Virus record (IMG/VR): IMGVR_UViG_3300009634_000151 | Coordinates: 1-30,421 of that record | From: a virus | Lineage: Duplodnaviria; Caudoviricetes | Direction: 5' to 3' (one strand) | DNA: 30,421 nucleotides | Shown here: piece by piece, positions 25,208 to 30,421 of the stretch | Position numbering within the stretch: position 1 is the stretch's first letter | Layout of the letters: each line of letters opens with the position of its first letter | The notes under the pieces: generated by a model | Told to the model about the DNA's origin: nothing | Seen by the model: only the letters and a program-made list of their open reading frames with translations | The model's database searches: none | Made by a program: the position numbers and the translations under genes

Positions 25208-27514
25208 TCATTCCGCCACCGGGGCGGTGCTGCAGCGACAGCGGGGATGCGTGCCAATGCCGGGTATCGGGCAGGAGTCGATGTCGTACTCTCCGGCGAG
25301 GGCCTGACATTCTTCGCAGGCGTCGGGCGAGGGGACGAAGTCAACCCTCTTCGTGCCTTCCTCGCCCCATTCGTCGAGCTTGGCGCCTTCCGCCGCGGAG
25401 GTCATTTCCGTGCGGGCGAGGCGCTCCCAATCGGAGTTGGCGGAGCCGAAAAGGGATTCGAGCCTGGTGGCGACGTGGCGAGGGTTCGTGCCGGCCAGGG
25501 TCTGGGCTTCCATCTCGGGGAGGATCCTCTGGACGATGGATTTCGTCGCGTCGTCCTTGACGAGGGCAAAGCCGTCGGTGCAGAGTTGATCGTAGACCTG
25601 GCTGTTCTTGATGAGATCGAGGATCGGGCGCTCCTTGCCGGCAAGCGTCGCCGCCTGGATGAGCCCGAGCGAGTATGCCTGGCCGTAGTATTTGCGCACC
25701 GGCGAGTCGGCATCGTCGCTATCGTAGCGGCCGATGAATTGTCTCATGGCCTGCATGATGGCCGAGCGCTGCTCCTCGGTGAAGGAGAAGAGGTCGTCGT
25801 CTGCTTTAGCCGAGGAAGCATGGAGCATGGAGCATGGAGCAAAGGACTGTTCAAGGTTCAAGGTTCGATGTTCAAGGTTGAACCCTGAACCCGCGCCTTG
25901 CGCCCGGACAGCCAGATCGCCCGAGGACGTGCGGGTGAGCGGCAGGACGGCCTCAGTCTCCGCCTCGCCCATGACGCCCACCGCGCGGCCATTTCCATGG
26001 GGAGACTTGGAAGCGGGAAGCTCAAGGATTGTGAGGACCTGCTTGTGCAGGTCGGACCAGTCGGAGGCGAGGCGATCGGCATAGGCGTTCTCGACCTTGT
26101 CCAGGGCCGGCCAGGCAACGGAGCGGCGAAGTTCCTTCGCGTGAGAGCATTGAGCAGAGAGCAGAGAGCATAGAGTTTTAGAGCCCTTTGCTCCATGCTT
26201 CCCTTGCTCCATGCTCTCTGCTGCTTTTGCTCTATGCTCTATGCTGCCTTTGCTGCTTTTGCTTGCGGGCGCGCTCGCGGGCGACATCATGTCCGCCTGT
26301 GCATTCAGGAAACGCGCGCGGGCCTGTTTTTCGATGTCGACCAGATTGACCTGCGCCCACTCCAGCCACCAGTCGCCCCTCTTCCAGGTGCGGCCCCGGA
26401 GGAGAAGCAAGTTTCGGACGAGGTTGTGGAAGTGCGGCATCTTCGCCGCCTGGCGCGTGGCGATGTCCGACTTGAGTACTTCTACCTCGACGCCGGCGAG
26501 GGCCTGGGTGGAGCTCCAGTGCATGCCGAGCATCCAGGGAGGCAGGCCGGACTTTGCGATGATCTGCTCGAGGACGTGGCGGGCCGGCTCTTCGACCGAC
26601 ATGATCTCGCCCTTGGCGCCGATGACATCTATCTCGATTTCTGAATTGGTGTCGATGGCGCGGACGAAATCGGCGGAGCGGCCCTCGCGCTTCGCCCTGA
26701 CCGCCGTATTGAGGTCGGTCTCGAGCGTCTTGCGGCGGGCCTCCAGGTCCATGCCGTCCTTCTTCGAGGTCTTGTAGATCACCGAGAATGAAGGGTCCCC
26801 GAACCTTTCCCACTGGTTCCCGAGGGCGTTCTGCATGGTGGCGAGGATCTTCGCGACGAACTCGCAGGACCGGAAAAGGGGACAGCCGTAGGGGTTTTGG
26901 TTTTCGTTATCGATCGAGAAATAGATGAGCTGCTCCCGGCGCAACTCGCGGAAGCTGACGTCCGTGTCGGACCGCTGGAAGATGTTGACGCCTTTGGGGG
27001 TGCGCTGGAACCTGACGAATTTCGAGTCGCCGGTGCGCAGGCCGGTTATGTCATCGCGCTCCTCGTTGACCACCCATTCTCCGAGGGCGAAGCCCTGCTC
27101 GAAAGCCTCGTTCGTGAGGCTCTGGTGGAACGCCTGGAGGCCCGTCTGGATGTCGTTCACCTTGACGTTGTGCATCCATTCCCGGATCTCCTCGACGAGG
27201 GCGGCATTGTTCCCCTTGACGACGAGGTGGCCGTCGAGGCTGACGAGCCGCCTGATCGCCGCGTCGATAACAGGAATTGCCTCGCGAAGGAATTCATAGA
27301 ACCAGGGCTCGACCTTCCGGGCAATATAGTTGGCGAAATAGGGGGTGAGGAGGCCCTGGCCGTCGTTGGGCCGGAGCTGCCAGCCGCCCTGGGGAGAGAG
27401 CGCCCCGGCCGGTATTACCGGCATCACGTCGCCGGGGAAGACAGGGAGTGCCTTGCCAAGGGCGCGGAGGACGCGGCGGACGAAACCGTTCAAGGTTCGA
27501 CGTTCAATGTTCAA
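25208..27514 (-). CDS. Portal protein fused to MuF/SPP1 gp7-like minor head protein
   Basis: Follows TerL; portal-like NPYG.P.F, SGLPPWMLG; C-terminal RLARTE...CEEC...HPRCRC of the MuF family; start uncertain (TTG inside an element). Confidence 0.85.
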   Translation of the reverse strand: MNIERRTLNGFVRRVLRALGKALPVFPGDVMPVIPAGALSPQGGWQLRPNDGQGLLTPYFANYIARKVEPWFYEFLREAIPVIDAAIRRLVSLDGHLVVKGNNAALVEEIREWMHNVKVNDIQTGLQAFHQSLTNEAFEQGFALGEWVVNEERDDITGLRTGDSKFVRFQRTPKGVNIFQRSDTDVSFRELRREQLIYFSIDNENQNPYGCPLFRSCEFVAKILATMQNALGNQWERFGDPSFSVIYKTSKKDGMDLEARRKTLETDLNTAVRAKREGRSADFVRAIDTNSEIEIDVIGAKGEIMSVEEPARHVLEQIIAKSGLPPWMLGMHWSSTQALAGVEVEVLKSDIATRQAAKMPHFHNLVRNLLLLRGRTWKRGDWWLEWAQVNLVDIEKQARARFLNAQADMMSPASAPASKSSKGSIEHRAKAAESMEQGKHGAKGSKTLCSLLSAQCSHAKELRRSVAWPALDKVENAYADRLASDWSDLHKQVLTILELPASKSPHGNGRAVGVMGEAETEAVLPLTRTSSGDLAVRAQGAGSGFNLEHRTLNLEQSFAPCSMLHASSAKADDDLFSFTEEQRSAIMQAMRQFIGRYDSDDADSPVRKYYGQAYSLGLIQAATLAGKERPILDLIKNSQVYDQLCTDGFALVKDDATKSIVQRILPEMEAQTLAGTNPRHVATRLESLFGSANSDWERLARTEMTSAAEGAKLDEWGEEGTKRVDFVPSPDACEECQALAGEYDIDSCPIPGIGTHPRCRCSTAPVAE
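25818..25891 (-). repeat. Heptamer element, in frame inside portal-MuF
   Basis: Encodes GSGFNLEHRTLNLEQSFAPCSMLHA. Confidence 0.85.
26143..26262 (-). repeat. Family-B element, in frame inside portal-MuF
   Basis: Encodes SKSSKGSIEHRAKAAESMEQGKHGAKGSKTLCSLLSAQCS. Confidence 0.85.
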
Positions 27515-27617
27515 CGTTGAAACCCCCCTTTTTCCCCGAACCTTGAACCTTGAACCCTGAAGGGACTGTTCAATGTTCGATCTTCAACCTTGAACCCTGA
27601 ACCTTGAACCTTGAACA
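27488..27617 (-). repeat. Double family-A element at the TerL/portal junction
   Basis: Two consecutive arm pairs; second loop GGGGAAAAAGGGGGG. Confidence 0.9.
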
Positions 27618-27626
27618 ATTGTTGCA

Positions 27627-29717
27627 TCATGCGAAGAGGTCCTCTGTCTCCATAGATAAAAGCCCGGCCAGTTTCTGGACGCGGTCGCTGTCGATCAGGT
27701 GGTCGTCCGTTTTTTTGTAGATCCTGTGCTTCTCGCCCGCGTGGCATGTATGGTTCGGATACATGAAGACGTAGTCGGGGTCCGGAGGATACTCGAGCTC
27801 CTGGCGCTGCATCTTCTTGACGAGGAGGTCCGTCGCCAGCTCTTTGAGGGTGATCTTGACGGGCTTGTTCGTCTTCGCGTCGATGATGGGGTTGCCGTCC
27901 TCGTCTACGTTGTCGGAGGTCGATTCGAACATGAAGCCGCGCAGGCGGTCCTCGTAGTGCTTGTGGGCATACTGGGGGAGGCCCTGCAGGTCGTGGGCGA
28001 CGGCGGAGCCGGCGTTGCCGAAGTCCGTGCCCCAGATGATGTCGGAGGCGGCCTGGGGGGGCGCGGGGGAGACGGAAGGGGCGCCGTAGAGGTCGTCGAG
28101 CGCGTCTAAAGCCTGGCACTGCTGGTCGTAGGTGACGTGCTTGAGGTAGAGGCGCGCTACCTTGCGCTCGCGGCGGCCGAGGACGAGAGTGACGGTGATC
28201 TCTGAGGGGTCGCCCGAGAAGCCGAGGTCTGCCCCGCCGCGCTTGAGGCCGGGGACATAGAGGAAGAAGCCCTTGATGAGGCGGCGGAACTCGGACTCGC
28301 CATCATCGCCAAGGTTGAAGAAGGTCGATTTGCGGTAGACGGTCTCCAGAAGGAATATCTGTTTAGGTACTATATCCTCGGCAGAGGAGACAATCTCGCA
28401 CCGGTACCCGGTGGCCATCACCTCATTGTTGGCGGAGTCGACGGTGATCTTGAGGCAGTGGTAATCGGGGACCTCTTTTATACATGCTCTGAAGAGGTGC
28501 CACGGAAAGACAGTATCCTCCGGATCGCCGTCGAGTCCGAGCACGTTGTGCTTGTATTCCGGAGAATCCTCGCCACCGAATTGCTCGATGTAAAATCTCT
28601 TTCGCTCCGGGGTCCAGAAAGGACTCGGCATAAGGCTTTTTCCCCACTGAAAAAGTCGAAATTTGAGCGATTTAATATGTTTTGAAACGCCCTCGAAGGA
28701 TTCAACTTTGACCTCCTCATCAAGATTTGATGGACAACACTCCTCTCGCACTCTTGTCTTCGGAGGGGTGTCGCCCCAGCCATTATCGACTGCGGTGCCA
28801 TAGGGCTGTTCAATGTTCGATGTTCGATGTTCAACGTTAATACGATCCTCTCTTTCGGAACCCTGAACCTTGAACTCTGAACCTTGAACATCCGTAAACC
28901 CTGAACCTTGAACCTTCCGTGGGCTTGCCGGTTGCTGACGGGCGGCACGTTCGGCGAGCTTGTAGAACTCGCAGGAGCGGTCTCCGTCCGGCACGGAGTA
29001 GATGCGGGCGGCGCAGCCGGGCTTGAGCGCCCTCCAGAATTCCGACCACTGGCGCTTGTGCTTGTCCTTGGCAGCCTCGTCTCGCCATGCCAGCGTGCGG
29101 ACGTGGACGCCCCTGTAGGCTACACCGTCGTGGCCCGAGGGGCGGAAGTCCATCTTAAAATGATTAGAGAAATAAAAGGCGTGGTGCGGGTGCTTCTTCC
29201 AGCGGACGAGGGATTTCTTGAGGTCCGGGTTCCAAAGCATCTGGTCGTACATGCCCTCGATGATCTCGTCCAGGTGCGTCTGGAGCGGAGCGCCTCCAAG
29301 ACCCGAGCCGTTGGCCGTGATAAAGGCGTAATAGAGGGACAGGGCGACGATCTCGCGCGTCTTGCCTATCTCGGCCGCGTCCTTGTGGACGACACTGCCG
29401 CGCCAGCGGAGCGATTCGATCTGAAAGGTCCAGAAGTTGTACGGCTCGTCATGGTCGGGGTCCTCAGGCTCGCGCAGGAACATGGTGCACCAGAGATAGG
29501 GGTCCGCGCAGATGCAGCCGAGCTGGAACTCCTCGAGGGAGGAATAGGGGGCAGGGAATTCGGCGCGGGCGAGCTGGTGATACGTCCAGTCGTGGCGGGC
29601 GAGCCACGCCTCGAAATCGGAGCGGGGGACCATGATAGAGCGGTGCAGGTCGCGAAGCGCCAGGGGCTCTATGGCATCGTCCGCGGCGTGATGGGCATAG
29701 GCGACGGAACCGGCCAT
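27627..29717 (-). CDS. terL: Terminase large subunit
   Basis: Walker A-like AAEIGKT, Walker B WRDEAA, nuclease GADLGFSGD and DDHLIDSDR; upstream of portal; likely start ATG 29717. Confidence 0.85.
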   Translation of the reverse strand: MAGSVAYAHHAADDAIEPLALRDLHRSIMVPRSDFEAWLARHDWTYHQLARAEFPAPYSSLEEFQLGCICADPYLWCTMFLREPEDPDHDEPYNFWTFQIESLRWRGSVVHKDAAEIGKTREIVALSLYYAFITANGSGLGGAPLQTHLDEIIEGMYDQMLWNPDLKKSLVRWKKHPHHAFYFSNHFKMDFRPSGHDGVAYRGVHVRTLAWRDEAAKDKHKRQWSEFWRALKPGCAARIYSVPDGDRSCEFYKLAERAARQQPASPRKVQGSGFTDVQGSEFKVQGSEREDRINVEHRTSNIEQPYGTAVDNGWGDTPPKTRVREECCPSNLDEEVKVESFEGVSKHIKSLKFRLFQWGKSLMPSPFWTPERKRFYIEQFGGEDSPEYKHNVLGLDGDPEDTVFPWHLFRACIKEVPDYHCLKITVDSANNEVMATGYRCEIVSSAEDIVPKQIFLLETVYRKSTFFNLGDDGESEFRRLIKGFFLYVPGLKRGGADLGFSGDPSEITVTLVLGRRERKVARLYLKHVTYDQQCQALDALDDLYGAPSVSPAPPQAASDIIWGTDFGNAGSAVAHDLQGLPQYAHKHYEDRLRGFMFESTSDNVDEDGNPIIDAKTNKPVKITLKELATDLLVKKMQRQELEYPPDPDYVFMYPNHTCHAGEKHRIYKKTDDHLIDSDRVQKLAGLLSMETEDLFA
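28808..28916 (-). repeat. Family-A element, in frame inside TerL
   Basis: Encodes KVQGSGFTDVQGSEFKVQGSEREDRINVEHRTSNIEQ. Confidence 0.9.
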
Positions 29718-29734
29718 CACGGCGCCCACGGCGG

Positions 29735-29924
29735 AGCAAAAGCAGCATGGAGCATGGAGCATGGAGCAAGTGCAGCATGGAGCATGGAGCCCGCGCCTGC
29801 GGCGCTCCGGAGCAGAGAACTGTTCAAAGTTCTATGTTCAATGTTCAACGTTAGAAACATCTCCATGCTTCCTCTGCTCTATGCTCCAGAGCGAGCGTAG
29901 CGAGCGGGCTCCATGCTCCATGCT
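29735..29924 (-). repeat. Heptamer element (B arms enclosing an A 3' arm) at the TerS/TerL junction
   Basis: (AGCATGG)n ... (CTCCATG)n with GCGCCTGCGGCGC and GAGCGAGCGTAGCGAGC sub-motifs. Confidence 0.9.
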
Positions 29925-29939
29925 TCCTTTGCTCGCTCT

Positions 29940-30421
29940 TCATTCGTCGTCACCCTCGCCGGAGGGTTTCTTGAAGACCCTGCCGGCCCGGCTCATCATA
30001 TCGGCGAGCGTCTTAGGCAGCTCCTCTTCCGCGTTCGCTTTTTTCAGGGAGCGCGGGGTGATGAGGAACTCGGCGGCGGAGAGGCCGAGATCGGCGAGCA
30101 GTTTCGGCAGGGCGAGAAGGGACGGGTGCGTGACGTACTCGATGACCAGGTTGTCTTTGGCGTCGTGCTTCTCGCGCTTGACTACGGTGCCGTCGCGGAG
30201 CAGGTCTTCCATGAGCATGTCTATCACTTTGATGGCGTTGCCGATCTGGAGGGCCGCAAGCTCGTTGAAGGCATCGTACTTCTTTTCGGCGATCGCATCA
30301 TGGACCGCCCGGTAAAACCTGAGGACTTCCGCCTTGTCGAGGCAGTCCTCGCCCGGGGCCGTCTCGCCCTCTTCCACGAGCTCGCAGGGGTAATGGGGGC
30401 AGGTCGATAGACAGGGCCGCA
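29940..30421 (-). CDS. Terminase small subunit, putative (5' truncated by window edge)
   Basis: Upstream of TerL; DGTVV...HPSL...LADLGLS...TP resembles P27-type TerS; frame is open to the window end. Confidence 0.55.
   Translation of the reverse strand, partial: RPCLSTCPHYPCELVEEGETAPGEDCLDKAEVLRFYRAVHDAIAEKKYDAFNELAALQIGNAIKVIDMLMEDLLRDGTVVKREKHDAKDNLVIEYVTHPSLLALPKLLADLGLSAAEFLITPRSLKKANAEEELPKTLADMMSRAGRVFKKPSGEGDDE

Noticed and set aside
28690-28940. Intein or group I/II intron in TerL
   Set aside because: No C/S start with HN-C/S/T end, no homing endonuclease, and too short; the insert is largely the heptamer element.
6644-29924. CRISPR array interpretation of the repeats
   Set aside because: No constant 25-45 bp repeat alternating with unique equal-length spacers; copies are dispersed and of variable length; no cas genes.
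6644-29924. Sequencing or assembly artefact as the origin of the repeats
   Set aside because: Copies are individually diverged, consistently oriented and preserve reading frames in intragenic cases; a read-level check is still advisable.
6644-29924. Elements as ordinary rho-independent terminators
   Set aside because: No U tract after the stems, several lie inside essential genes, and they sit within a co-directional coupled operon.

Overview
The window holds most of the virion morphogenesis operon of a tailed, siphovirus-like (pro)phage, all on the minus strand and read right to left: TerS-like, TerL, portal-MuF fusion, ATP-grasp enzyme, prohead protease/scaffold, DUF2190 decoration protein, glycosyltransferase, acetyltransferase, major capsid protein, neck genes, two signal-peptide proteins, lysis cassette, tail terminator, tail tube and a tail chaperone with a -1 frameshift. 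Where the tape-measure gene is expected, a separately promoted accessory cassette follows (SNF2 helicase, IbrA-like PAPS-reductase protein, IbrB-like ParB protein). The outstanding feature is about 22 copies of a modular palindromic element built from 7-nt tandem repeats (family A: (GTTCAAG)n - purine-rich loop - (a/cTTGAAC)n; family B: (GAGCATG)n ... (CTCCATG)n, in mRNA orientation). Copies sit at most gene junctions of the structural operon and in frame inside TerL, portal and other genes. They share one polarity, carry substitutions that remove in-frame stops, and often encode mini-ORFs whose ends overlap the flanking genes' stop and start codons. One copy brackets a whole gene. No transposase or reverse transcriptase is present in the window. 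All calls come from reading motifs and synteny; no database searches were run.
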